Below, one piece after another: positions 49,992-59,690 of a DNA stretch of 64,000 nucleotides. How positions within the stretch are numbered: position 1 is the first letter of the stretch; each line of letters begins with the position of its first letter. Made by a program: the position numbers and the translations under genes. The stretch is from Chlorobiota bacterium (lineage in GTDB: Bacteria; Bacteroidota; Ignavibacteria; Kapaibacteriales; UBA2268), in the NCBI GenBank assembly GCA_041596515.1, contig JBFHIJ010000003.1, positions 82,945 to 146,944 of the forward strand, written 5' to 3'. A model generated the notes under the pieces. The model saw nothing but the letters and a program-made list of their open reading frames with translations, was not told the DNA's origin and ran no database searches.

Positions 49992-50498
49992 ATGAATAAA
50001 CCTTTAGTGGGTATTATCATGGGCAGCGATTCGGATCTGACTACTATGCAGCCGGCTGCAGATATATGCAAAGAATTTGGAGTTGAATTTGAAATGAGAG
50101 TAGTCTCTGCTCACCGAACACCGATGGATATGGCTGATTATGGAAGAACTGCTCACGAAAGAGGAATCAAAGTTATCATCGCCGGAGCAGGCGGAGCCGC
50201 TCACTTACCTGGCATGACAGCAGCTTTTTCTCCATTGCCGGTAATCGGCGTGCCCGTTAAGTCAAGCACCCTAAGTGGTGTAGATTCGCTTCACTCTGTT
50301 GTACAAATGCCTCCGGGAGTGCCTGTTGCAACTGTAGCGATAGGTGGTGGCAAAAATGCAGGCTTGCTGGCTATGCAAATACTTGGAGTAGAAAATCCTG
50401 AGATACTTAAAAAAATGATTGAATATAAACTTCAAATGGCGGATGAATCACGAGCTAAAAACAACAACCCTGCTTTTACTCAAACATCTTTAAAATAG
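49992..50498 (+). CDS. purE: 5-(carboxyamino)imidazole ribonucleotide mutase
   Basis: [16 protein letters not shown] and AGGAAHLPG motifs. Confidence 0.95.
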   Translation: MNKPLVGIIMGSDSDLTTMQPAADICKEFGVEFEMRVVSAHRTPMDMADYGRTAHERGIKVIIAGAGGAAHLPGMTAAFSPLPVIGVPVKSSTLSGVDSLHSVVQMPPGVPVATVAIGGGKNAGLLAMQILGVENPEILKKMIEYKLQMADESRAKNNNPAFTQTSLK

Positions 50499-50504
50499 TT
50501 TTAA

Positions 50505-50696
50505 CCCGTATATGTCATTAGATGTCATCATAGTGCTGTAAATGACCGTAGAACCAATGGAGAATGCTTACTTCCTCTTTAAGAAAAAATTACTTTGTGC
50601 AACGGGCTATACTTCGACTCGCTTGGCTCGCTCAGTCATCTTCCACCGTTGCACTGATTTAAGAATAGACTATCGCCTAACGATAAATCTGGGATT
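50505..50696 (+). repeat. dispersed repeat family, variant copy (canonical 5' half, different 3' half)
   Basis: The first ~90 nt are canonical (CCCGTATATGTCATTAGATGTCATCATAGTGCTGTAAATGACCGTAGAACCAATGGAGAATGCTTACTTCCTCTTTAAGAAAAAATTAC). It then diverges into a GTGCAACGG...CCGTTGCAC hairpin and ends AAATCTGGGATT. Confidence 0.65.
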
Positions 50697-50730
50697 ATCA
50701 CAATATCTGAATATAAACTTGCATTACACA

Positions 50731-50769
50731 CAAAAAGAGCCACACAGCATAGTACGTCTGTGTGGCTCT
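50731..50769 (-). terminator. rho-independent terminator of aconitase gene
   Basis: AGAGCCACACAG / CTGTGTGGCTCT 12-bp stem. The minus strand continues TTTTTG. Confidence 0.75.
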
Positions 50770-50794
50770 TTAAATTTCAATTATATTCGCGCAA

Positions 50795-53056
50795 TTATGC
50801 GTTTAGCTTTTTGATTAGATTTAGAGCAGAACCAGCTTTAAACCAAGCAATTTGAGACTCGTTGTAAGTATGATTAGTCATAATTTCTTCTTTGCTTCCG
50901 TCTGCGTGGTGCAAGATTACTTTAATCTGCTGACCGGGTGCGAAATCACTAATCATCACGTCTATTGTATCATCTTCCAAAATCTTGTTGTAATCTTCTT
51001 TATTGTCAAAAGTGAGACCCAACATACCTTGTTTTTTAAGGTTAGTTTCGTGGATGCGGGCAAATGATTTAGTAAGCACAACTCTTACGCCTAAGTGGCG
51101 TGGTTCCATAGCTGCATGCTCACGAGATGAACCTTCTCCGTAGTTTTCATCACCAACTACAATAGAATCTATACCTTTAGCTTTATATGTTCTTTGCACT
51201 TTAGGTACTTCGTCATAGCTGCCGTCAAGCTGATTTTTAACGCTGTTAGTTTCTTCGTTATAGAAGTTCACTGCACCTGTTAGTATATTGTCAGAAATAT
51301 TATCCAAGTGCCCTCTGAACCTTAGCCAAGGTCCAGCCATAGAAATATGGTCAGTGGTGCATTTACCTTTAGCTTTGATGAGCAATTTAAGACCTTTAAG
51401 GTCTTTGCCATCCCAAGCAGCAAAAGGTTCTAAAAGTTGCAAACGTTTAGAGTCAGGAGCGACCATTACAGATACCTTGGAGCCATCTTTTGCAGGAGCT
51501 TGATAGCCCGCATCTTCTACATCGAATCCTTTTTTAGGAAGTTCATCACCGGTAGGTGCATCAAGCATAACCTCTTTGCCATCTTCGTTGATAAGTTTAT
51601 CTGTCAAAGGATTAAAGCTCATGCTTCCGGCTATGGCAAGTGCAGTAACGATTTCTGGTGAAGCAACAAAGCCATGTGTGTTAGGGTTGCCGTCATTTCT
51701 TTTTGCAAAGTTTCTGTTGAAAGAAGTAATAATAGAATTTTTCTCTTTCTTGTCTGCACCATGACGAGCCCACTGACCGATACAAGGTCCGCAAGCATTC
51801 GCAAGCACTACACCGCCGATCTTTTCAAAATCATCGATAAAACCATCTCGTTCGATAGTATATCTAACAAGCTCAGATCCGGGTGTAATAGTATATTCTG
51901 ATTTTACTTTTAAGTTTTTATCTACGGCTTGCTGAGCTAGTGAAGCGGCTCTGGAAATATCCTCATAAGAAGAGTTAGTGCAAGAACCAATCAGACCTAC
52001 TTCTAATTTTTCAGGCCAGTCATTTGCTTTAACTGCTTCTGCCATTTTACTGATAGGAGTTGCCAAATCAGGAGTGAAAGGGCCATTTATATGAGGCTCT
52101 AATTCAGACAAATTGATTTCAATAACCTGATCGAAATACTTTTCAGGGTTTGCATATACTTCTTTGTCACCTGTTAGATATTCAGCATTTTCTTTTGCCA
52201 TATCTGCTACTTCTTTTCTGCCTGTAGCCGCAAGGTAATCATACATTTTTTGATCATAACCGAAAGTAGAAGTAGTAGCTCCAATTTCAGCACCCATATT
52301 ACAGATAGTACCTTTGCCGGTGCAAGAAAGAGACTGAGCACCTTCGCCGAAATACTCAACAATCGCTCCTGTTCCGCCTTTGACAGTAAGGATACCTGCT
52401 ACTTTGAGGATAACGTCTTTCGCTGCAGTCCAGCCGCTCATTTTGCCTGTCAGTTTCACACCAATAAGCTTAGGATATTTAAGCTCCCATGGCATACCCG
52501 CCATCACATCTACTGCATCAGCACCGCCTACACCAATCGCAACCATACCCAAACCACCAGCATTAGGTGTATGAGAATCAGTTCCTATCATCATGCCACC
52601 GGGGAATGCGTAGTTTTCTAAAACTACCTGGTGAATGATACCACCACCCGGTTTCCAGAAACCGATACCATATTTATTAGAAACAGAAGCAAGGAAGTCA
52701 TATACTTCTTTGTTAGTATCTATTGCAACTTCCAAATCTTTATCAGCACCAACTTTTGCCTGTATAAGGTGGTCACAGTGCACTGTAGATGGAACTGCTG
52801 TAGTATCTTTACCTGCTTGCATAAACTGAAGCAATGCCATCTGGGCAGTTGCATCTTGCATAGCAACTCTGTCAGGGCTGAAGTTAACATAATCTTCGCC
52901 TCGTTTGAAATCTTTTAATTCATTTTGCTCGTAGAGGTGAGCTAAAAGTATTTTTTCCGCCAGAGATAGAGGTCTGCCTGTTACTTCTTTAGCTTTATCA
53001 ACCTTAGTTGCAAAAGAAGCATAATGCTTTTTAAGCATGTCAAGATCAAAAATCAT
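50795..53056 (-). CDS. aconitate hydratase (753-aa, mitochondrial-type)
   Basis: Fe-S ligand regions [26 protein letters not shown]. Swivel domain at the C-terminus. Confidence 0.95.
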   Translation of the reverse strand: MIFDLDMLKKHYASFATKVDKAKEVTGRPLSLAEKILLAHLYEQNELKDFKRGEDYVNFSPDRVAMQDATAQMALLQFMQAGKDTTAVPSTVHCDHLIQAKVGADKDLEVAIDTNKEVYDFLASVSNKYGIGFWKPGGGIIHQVVLENYAFPGGMMIGTDSHTPNAGGLGMVAIGVGGADAVDVMAGMPWELKYPKLIGVKLTGKMSGWTAAKDVILKVAGILTVKGGTGAIVEYFGEGAQSLSCTGKGTICNMGAEIGATTSTFGYDQKMYDYLAATGRKEVADMAKENAEYLTGDKEVYANPEKYFDQVIEINLSELEPHINGPFTPDLATPISKMAEAVKANDWPEKLEVGLIGSCTNSSYEDISRAASLAQQAVDKNLKVKSEYTITPGSELVRYTIERDGFIDDFEKIGGVVLANACGPCIGQWARHGADKKEKNSIITSFNRNFAKRNDGNPNTHGFVASPEIVTALAIAGSMSFNPLTDKLINEDGKEVMLDAPTGDELPKKGFDVEDAGYQAPAKDGSKVSVMVAPDSKRLQLLEPFAAWDGKDLKGLKLLIKAKGKCTTDHISMAGPWLRFRGHLDNISDNILTGAVNFYNEETNSVKNQLDGSYDEVPKVQRTYKAKGIDSIVVGDENYGEGSSREHAAMEPRHLGVRVVLTKSFARIHETNLKKQGMLGLTFDNKEDYNKILEDDTIDVMISDFAPGQQIKVILHHADGSKEEIMTNHTYNESQIAWFKAGSALNLIKKLNA

Positions 53057-53230
53057 TACGTTGCACCTATATTTTATAGAAAGAATTACATTACGAATTA
53101 CTGCTTATATGCCATACGTATTAAACCTTATTCAAAGTATAAGATTTACACCAGATTCGCATATACTTAACACTAAAAGAGTAATTTTACTATCGAAATC
53201 TGTACTTGTTCCATCCTTTTCGGAAAAATC

Positions 53231-55687
53231 ATGCTTAGACTCCGTCTTAATCTATTTAGCAAAGTGTTTGGCTTTGCGGCTCTTTTAGAACTTATTATGG
53301 TCGTTATTGTCCTTTTTTCAGTATTTGCTTTCAATACTCAAAAAGAGAGAGACGACTTCCGAAAGATTCAATCTTTGATGTTAGAAGCTAATCATCAAAG
53401 AAGTGACTTCTCAAAATACAGAGATTCTAGTTCTGTAGCACAATTCAATAATAAGCTTAATACAATTGACAATATATTATTGAATTATAGAGACGACAAT
53501 ACCATATCTTCATTTCTATTAAAGAAGAAAGATTACAAAAAAACATTTGAATCCTATGAGTCTATGATGTCAAAACGTGGTCTGGATGAGGAATCCGGTG
53601 TAGAAGGTCAATTTAGAAAATCTGTACATGAGTTAGAATCAAAAATTAAAGAAATTGACTCAAAAGATATGTTAATCTATATGCTCCAAGCTCGAAGAAG
53701 CGAAAAAGACTATCTAATGAGGGGCAAAGATAAATATGTAAAAAAAGTAAATGCCGCGATTACTTCTTTACTTAAAAGTGCTGATTCGGACACTATAGAT
53801 GACGCAGATTATACTTCAATAAAAGAGTTAGCAAAAAACTATTTAGTTGCTTTTTCTTCAACTGTTGATATTTTTGAAAAATTGGGAGAGCTTGAAGCAA
53901 AAATTATAGAAGACGAGGCCGAAATAATCGCAATCGTAAAAGACATTTGCTTAGCTAAAACAGATAAAGCAGAAATGATGAAGAATGTGCAGTACATTGC
54001 GGCAGGTTTGTCTATATTACTTGGATTGTTTTTTTCATTAATCATTGCCAGAGGGATTACAAATCCGGTCAACAATTTGCAACGGTTGGCTAAGCAGATT
54101 GGTGATGGTGACTTTTCTGTACCCGATAAAGTCAAAGCCAACGATGAAATTGGCGAACTTTACAATTCGTTTACTGACATGACTGCCATTCTTTCCAGCC
54201 TGATTAAAGATATAAATTATCTCACTCACGCCGCAGCTGAAGGTAAACTTAGCGTGAGGGGCAATTCTGAAAAATATCACGGTGGTTTCAAAGAAATTAT
54301 AGATGGTCTAAATCATACGATGGATAATCTACTTATTCCGACTAATATTACTGCCGAATATATAGACAGAATCTCAAAAGGTGATATCCCTCCTAAAATA
54401 GAAAAAGAATTTATGGGTGACTTCAAAGAACTTAAAAATAACATGAATACATGCATTGATGCTATCAATATGTTGATAAAAGATACGGATATGTTAGCAA
54501 ATGCAGCTCAGTCAGGGAACCTAAGTACAAGAGCTGACTATACTCTACACAAAGGCAATTTTAAAAGAATAGTATTGGGAGTCAATCAGGCACTAGATGC
54601 GATTGTTGATCCAATTACCGAAGCTCAAGAGATCCTAAAAGATATCGCAAATGGCGACTTAACTGTCCAGATGACGGGGACATATCAAGGTCGAATGGAT
54701 ATGCTCAAACTCAATATTAATAGCCTTGCCAATACATTTAGAGCTTTGATTAAACAAGTATCTAATTCTGTTACTACTGCTGTTGCCGGATCTCACCAAA
54801 TCAGAATGTCTACTGATGAATTTATGGTAGCTTCCAAAGAAACGGAAATGCAGACTAACTTAGTTGCAAACTCTATCGACGAAATGAGCAGAACGCTTTC
54901 CGATAATGCTCAAAGCACACATCATGCTACTGACATGGCAGAAACTAACAGAGAAATCGCTACTGCCGGATTTGAAATCGTGGGTAAAACTGTCAATAAA
55001 ATGAGAGATATTGCAGGATTAGTAAGAACATCAGCAGAAGAGATAGAGAAACTTGGTGATTCTTCGAAAAAAATAGGAGAAATTATATCTGTAATCGATG
55101 AAATAGCGGATCAGACAAACTTACTCGCTCTTAATGCAGCTATAGAAGCCGCCAGAGCAGGCGAACAAGGTAGAGGTTTTGCTGTGGTTGCTGATGAGGT
55201 AAGAAAACTAGCGGAACGAACAACTGATGCTACCAAAAGCATTACTACAATGATACAAGGTATACAACAGGAAACTCAAAAGGCTGTAAATGAAATGGTG
55301 CGTGGTACATCCGAAGTTGCTATCGGCATTGAGCTTGCCGACCAGGCAGGAGATTCATTAAGCAAAGTTGTGAGCAGCTCTGAGGAAGTTCTGGATATGA
55401 TTAATCAAATATCTGCTTCAAACGTAGAGCTGTCTGCTACAGGAGATGACATAGCCAAGCATGTTACTCTAATTTCTCAAATGGCTAAAGACTCAGTTAA
55501 AAGCTTAGAGGAAATTTCTGATTCAGCAAATAATTTGGATAAACTAAACAGCAAAACCAGCAAGTTTATGCAAAACTTCAAAATAACCACACACAATGGT
55601 ATAATGCAAAATGTAGACATGTTTGAAGAAAATAACTACTATAATGAAAAGCACAACTTAATAGCACTGAGCGATGGCAAGAATTAA
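53231..55687 (+). CDS. methyl-accepting chemotaxis protein with TM/HAMP repeats
   Basis: Signalling hairpin [42 protein letters not shown]-terminal TM, a second TM ([18 protein letters not shown]), then HAMP-like repeats. Confidence 0.85.
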   Translation: MLRLRLNLFSKVFGFAALLELIMVVIVLFSVFAFNTQKERDDFRKIQSLMLEANHQRSDFSKYRDSSSVAQFNNKLNTIDNILLNYRDDNTISSFLLKKKDYKKTFESYESMMSKRGLDEESGVEGQFRKSVHELESKIKEIDSKDMLIYMLQARRSEKDYLMRGKDKYVKKVNAAITSLLKSADSDTIDDADYTSIKELAKNYLVAFSSTVDIFEKLGELEAKIIEDEAEIIAIVKDICLAKTDKAEMMKNVQYIAAGLSILLGLFFSLIIARGITNPVNNLQRLAKQIGDGDFSVPDKVKANDEIGELYNSFTDMTAILSSLIKDINYLTHAAAEGKLSVRGNSEKYHGGFKEIIDGLNHTMDNLLIPTNITAEYIDRISKGDIPPKIEKEFMGDFKELKNNMNTCIDAINMLIKDTDMLANAAQSGNLSTRADYTLHKGNFKRIVLGVNQALDAIVDPITEAQEILKDIANGDLTVQMTGTYQGRMDMLKLNINSLANTFRALIKQVSNSVTTAVAGSHQIRMSTDEFMVASKETEMQTNLVANSIDEMSRTLSDNAQSTHHATDMAETNREIATAGFEIVGKTVNKMRDIAGLVRTSAEEIEKLGDSSKKIGEIISVIDEIADQTNLLALNAAIEAARAGEQGRGFAVVADEVRKLAERTTDATKSITTMIQGIQQETQKAVNEMVRGTSEVAIGIELADQAGDSLSKVVSSSEEVLDMINQISASNVELSATGDDIAKHVTLISQMAKDSVKSLEEISDSANNLDKLNSKTSKFMQNFKITTHNGIMQNVDMFEENNYYNEKHNLIALSDGKN

Positions 55688-55725
55688 CACTTAAAAAGTA
55701 TCAAATGGCATTCAAAATACTAGGG

Positions 55726-55755
55726 CTGTCTCTCGAAAGAGGCAGTCTTTTTTTT
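55726..55755 (+). terminator. rho-independent terminator of MCP gene
   Basis: CTGTCTCT / AGAGGCAG stem followed by TCTTTTTTTT. Confidence 0.8.
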
Positions 55756-55793
55756 GGACTCTAATGATTCGCCTTAATAAACTCTTAATTAAA

Positions 55794-55968
55794 CCTGGAT
55801 TTATCATTAGATGTAATCATAGTGCTGTAAATGACCGCAGAACCAAGGAGCATGTTTACTTCCTCTTTAAGAAAATATTACGTAATTACTTATTGAACAA
55901 GGGGTTTCAATTCCTTGCCATACAATACACTAGAGCATTTCCATCTTTTCAAATGACATTTTTGGGAT
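55794..55968 (+). repeat. dispersed ~175-nt repeat family copy
   Basis: CCTGGATTTATCATTAGATGTAATCATAGTGCTGTAAATGACCGCAGAACCAAGGAGCATG...ATTACGTAAT...TTGAACAAGGGGTTTCAA...CAAATGACATTTTTGGGAT. Confidence 0.9.
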
Positions 55969-56046
55969 TAAGTATAGATTGCCCCAACTACTAATAAAAA
56001 ATCCTTATAACTTTATCAGCTATAAGGATTTACAATTTTCTTTCTG

Positions 56047-56119
<73 letters not shown>

Positions 56120-56181
56120 TATTGCTTGAAATAGAATACAAATATATATTGATTTCAGATTTTTTGCAAATATTTTTAAAT

Positions 56182-56892
56182 TTATTTAGATTTTTCTTTA
56201 TTCAGATTTTCTTCTATCACCGCATGAACCTTTTTCATCAGCATATTTTCAGCTATTCTGTCTAATTTTCCTTTGTTTTCTATTGGTTGGTCGATTATGA
56301 GTTTTACTTTTGTTCGTATGATTTTCTTTGTTTCCGGGTTATATACCTTCCATGCATCTACTAAAGTAATAGGTACTATTGGTCGCTCAGCCTTAGATGC
56401 AAGCATAAAAGCTCCTCGCTTAAAGTCACCGAGTTCGCCGTTATTAGAGCGTGTCCCCTCAGGAAATATTACAATAGAACTTCCGCTATTTATTTCATGA
56501 ACAGCAGTTTCTATTGATTGCATAGCTTTTCTTGGGTCTTCGCGAACAATAGGAATAAAGGGAGATTTTTTTAGGGCAAATCCGAAAATTGGAATTTTTT
56601 CCAGTTCTTGCTTATATATCATCCTAATATCATCACCAAGCCCATAAATCAATAGAGGAATATCAAACACGCTTGTGTGATTACTAATAAAGATATAGGA
56701 TTCATTTGGATCTAATTTGTCCAGACCAACAATTTCAAGGTCTATTTTACTATTTTTGATTATGTGCCTTGCCCATCTTTTAGATAGGAGATTGAAAGAC
56801 CTTTTTCCTAAAAGCAACATCCCTACTGCTACAAGAGCAGAATCAAAAATTGTGAAAAAACTAATAAGAGATATACGGAAATAGGATGCCAT
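56182..56892 (-). CDS. plsC: 1-acyl-sn-glycerol-3-phosphate acyltransferase
   Basis: HX4D motif NHTSVFD and FPEGTRS block. N-terminal TM. Confidence 0.85.
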   Translation of the reverse strand: MASYFRISLISFFTIFDSALVAVGMLLLGKRSFNLLSKRWARHIIKNSKIDLEIVGLDKLDPNESYIFISNHTSVFDIPLLIYGLGDDIRMIYKQELEKIPIFGFALKKSPFIPIVREDPRKAMQSIETAVHEINSGSSIVIFPEGTRSNNGELGDFKRGAFMLASKAERPIVPITLVDAWKVYNPETKKIIRTKVKLIIDQPIENKGKLDRIAENMLMKKVHAVIEENLNKEKSK

Positions 56893-56894
56893 GA

Positions 56895-57227
56895 TTAGTC
56901 CTTTGCAGCTTCAAGGCAGTTTGCATCTTCAGATGAGCAAAGTATAGTGCATATACTTTTTACTGTCTGATCTTTTACTGAATAGTACCTTTGCAAGCCT
57001 TGTGCTCTACATTCTAAAATATTGTTTGTAAGAAATAATTTCAACTGCTTTGAAACATTTGCCTGAAGCAAGCCTGTTTCTTCTATTATTTCAGTAACGC
57101 ATTTCTCGCCACCAAATAATGTCCGCAATATTCTTAATCGGGATGGCTCTGAAAGTATTTTAAACTTTGTTGCCAAAATATCAAGCTCTTCATCCGTAAA
57201 TATTTTCTTTTTGGAAGAATCCACCAC
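56895..57227 (-). CDS. ArsR/SmtB-family transcriptional regulator
   Basis: LSEPSRLRILRTL...CVTEIIEETGLLQANVSKQLKLF winged-HTH signature. C-terminal Cys cluster ICTILCSSEDANC. Confidence 0.8.
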   Translation of the reverse strand: MVDSSKKKIFTDEELDILATKFKILSEPSRLRILRTLFGGEKCVTEIIEETGLLQANVSKQLKLFLTNNILECRAQGLQRYYSVKDQTVKSICTILCSSEDANCLEAAKD

Positions 57228-57412
57228 AAACCCCCTTTGAAGTATCAGGTTGATTGATATTTAGTTATATTGTCGCTTTTATATTAATAGCAACATCAAG
57301 CATAGTAAAGTATAATATATGCATAATAAGCTATAAATAAAGATATTCTAAATATTTATAAAAAACAAATAGTCCTTAGACATTTTCAAGATTTCTTGTA
57401 ACGGATAAATAT

Positions 57413-57447
57413 CTAACAATATAGATGAATATATTTCGTATTGTTAG
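57413..57447. promoter_or_regulatory. inverted-repeat operator candidate (CTAACAATA-N17-TATTGTTAG)
   Basis: Perfect 9-bp inverted repeat in the ArsR / Cys-rich ORF divergent intergenic region, ending 45 nt upstream of ATG 57492. Confidence 0.4.
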
Positions 57448-57491
57448 GCACACCTAATAATATATTTGTATCAAATAAAAGATTAAATAAT

Positions 57492-57686
57492 ATGGCATTG
57501 CATACATACACTTGCACTAAATGTGGCAGAGAAAAACAAGTTGATTTGGAACCGGGGCAAAGCATTGATGATGTTAAATCTTCTTGTGGCTGTGGCAGTA
57601 AATCAAAAAGCAAAAATAGTCTTGATTTGCTGAATAACAACGATTCAGGTTGTGGATGTGGCGGCAATAGTTGCGGTTGTAACTAA
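57492..57686 (+). CDS. small Cys/Gly-rich protein (64 aa): zinc-ribbon-like N-terminus, CGCG-repeat tail
   Basis: MALHTYTCTKCGREKQV...SSCGCGSKSKSK...DSGCGCGGNSCGCN has 10 Cys in 64 aa. The N-terminus resembles FmdB-type YxCxxCG ribbons. Divergent from the ArsR gene. No obvious SD. Confidence 0.45.
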   Translation: MALHTYTCTKCGREKQVDLEPGQSIDDVKSSCGCGSKSKSKNSLDLLNNNDSGCGCGGNSCGCN

Positions 57687-57716
57687 TAAAAATATTTGAA
57701 TCCCAATTCAAAAAAA

Positions 57717-57757
57717 AAGAAGAAGAGGTCTGAAGTGTTTGTCAGGCTTCTTCTTCT
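57717..57757. terminator. bidirectional terminator between Cys-rich ORF and dsrC-like gene
   Basis: 16-bp stem AGAAGAAGAGGTCTGA / TCAGGCTTCTTCTTCT (two G:U pairs). An A9 run upstream gives a T-run on the minus strand. Confidence 0.7.
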
Positions 57758-57796
57758 ATATTAAAATGATTTGCCTTTGATATGCAAATATAATAC

Positions 57797-58120
57797 TTAA
57801 ACGCATCCAGTCGGTTTTGACAAACCGGCAACCTTGCAAGCACCTTTTGCTGGGCCTGACGGAAAAAGCTGATAGATTTGTTTCAGAGGAAACCCCGTAT
57901 CTCTGCAGAGTTTTCTTATCATTGGAGCAATTCCATTTTTTTGGTAGTATTCTCTTAAGTAGTGAATTATCTTCCAATGATCATTTGTTAGCTCTGTTAT
58001 CTCTTCGGTTGAAGCCAAAGCCAAAGCAATTTCTTCTGTCCACAATTCAGGTTGCTCCATAAATCCTGCTTCATCAACTTCAATCTTAATTTCTTTGTAC
58101 TCAAAAGTCGGCATAAGCAT
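57797..58120 (-). CDS. DsrC/TusE-family sulfur-relay protein (DsrC-type Cx10C tail)
   Basis: C-terminal ...ACKVAGLSKPTGCV has a penultimate Cys plus a second Cys 11 residues upstream. HWKIIHYLREYY helix typical of the family. Confidence 0.85.
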   Translation of the reverse strand: MLMPTFEYKEIKIEVDEAGFMEQPELWTEEIALALASTEEITELTNDHWKIIHYLREYYQKNGIAPMIRKLCRDTGFPLKQIYQLFPSGPAKGACKVAGLSKPTGCV

Positions 58121-58302
58121 CCTCCTTGGATGGTATTCGGTAATTTAAATTTTAAGCTAAATATATAACATAAAATTCAAAAAATAAAGAGAAAATTATA
58201 CGATATTGATAATATTATTTATATAATATCATATCTTAGACCGTTAATGGTGTAATAAATATAATTTAATAGTCTTATTTTGCGTCCTGAGTATACTATT
58301 GC

Positions 58303-59430
58303 TTATTCTCTAATTGGTATTTTTATATAGAAAGTAGTGCCTTCAGGCTCTTTACTTTCAAAATGAACTTTGCCCCCAAGGTATTTTTCAGTTAATAGTT
58401 TGATACTATAAGTGCCCAAACCTCTGCCGGATCCTTTGGTAGAAAAAGATTTTTTAAATACTTGTTCTTTTACATGAATAGGCATTACCGTTGGATTATG
58501 GACAGTAAAACATATCGTATTGGGTAAGGTTCGATTGCAGGAAATAGTAATCTTGCCTCCCATGTATTCAGCTTCATAAGCGTTTTTCATAAGATTAGTA
58601 AGTACTCGCGAAAGTATAGCTTTATCTGTTTTAAACTCAATTTTTTCGAGGTCATCACTTAAAACTATCTGTTCTTTCTGCACATTATATAGCATAGCAA
58701 GGTTAGCAGTAGTGCTTACTATATCGCAGCTTATTGTCGTTTGCAAATCTATATTTAAACTTCCGTTTTCAGCTGCCAACATTTGCTTTTGTGATTGAAT
58801 TTCATCTATCAGCTTAGTGGAAAAATCACCGGCAAGTTGTTTATATCGCAAGTATTTATCTGGGAGTTTTATATTTAGTAGATATGAAAGTGTAGAAATT
58901 CCGGTTGCTGTATTCATTATGTCATGGAAAAATAGTTTTTCTAACACTTCTTTGCGTTTTGTATCGCTAATATCAGAAAGTGTAAACACTACAAAATTAT
59001 TATCTTCGATAGTAAAATGAGAAGAGAACACTCTCATCTGATAAGCATCAATGTTGTCTTTAGTGATTATAACGCACTCGTTTTCATTGTCACTGCCTGC
59101 GAGACCTTTTTTTATAGACATCACAGCACCGCAAAATTTACAAGAGGGAGAATCGCCACATCCTGACTGCACATCGTCGGAATGCATACATTCAAATATC
59201 TCACCGGGGCGTTTACCGTAAATATCATTTATATCATTAAGTCCCAAGATAGATTGTGTTTTTTTATTGGCAAAAACTACTTCACGCTTGTCATTAAGTA
59301 TAAGAATCAATTCCGGAACCTTATCAAACAGGGAATGATATGAGGTGTCGGAGTTGAAATAACTAATCTGTTTGGATAATTCTTCAGGAGAAGATCTGTC
59401 TAACGAACTGTAATAGTCTATTCTATTCAT
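58303..59430 (-). CDS. sensor histidine kinase (PAS-like sensor with Cys cluster + HisKA/HATPase), cytoplasmic, orphan
   Basis: H-box FFHDIMNTATG, N-box LTNLMKNAYEA, G-box GSGRGLGTYS. The sensor region carries ECMHSDDVQSGCGDSPSCKFCG. Start taken at MNRIDYY (59430); an alternative is 59490. Confidence 0.8.
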   Translation of the reverse strand: MNRIDYYSSLDRSSPEELSKQISYFNSDTSYHSLFDKVPELILILNDKREVVFANKKTQSILGLNDINDIYGKRPGEIFECMHSDDVQSGCGDSPSCKFCGAVMSIKKGLAGSDNENECVIITKDNIDAYQMRVFSSHFTIEDNNFVVFTLSDISDTKRKEVLEKLFFHDIMNTATGISTLSYLLNIKLPDKYLRYKQLAGDFSTKLIDEIQSQKQMLAAENGSLNIDLQTTISCDIVSTTANLAMLYNVQKEQIVLSDDLEKIEFKTDKAILSRVLTNLMKNAYEAEYMGGKITISCNRTLPNTICFTVHNPTVMPIHVKEQVFKKSFSTKGSGRGLGTYSIKLLTEKYLGGKVHFESKEPEGTTFYIKIPIRE

Positions 59431-59690
59431 TGTGTTTTCCCTGTAAATATAGCTAACTAAATGAGAAAATGTATAGTTTTTAAAACGCATTAGAAGTTAA
59501 TATATCGTAACTAATAAAGCAAATATAATATTTATTTGTGATTTATATCGTAAAAAAAAGTAGTTATGAAATAAAGCATATTCATTTTACTTAATTGTTA
59601 TATGTTCTCTTATCTTCTTATATTACTGTAGGATATGATATAAATATCATAATATAGTTTATTTCAGATTATAGAGAGAAAAAAAATACC

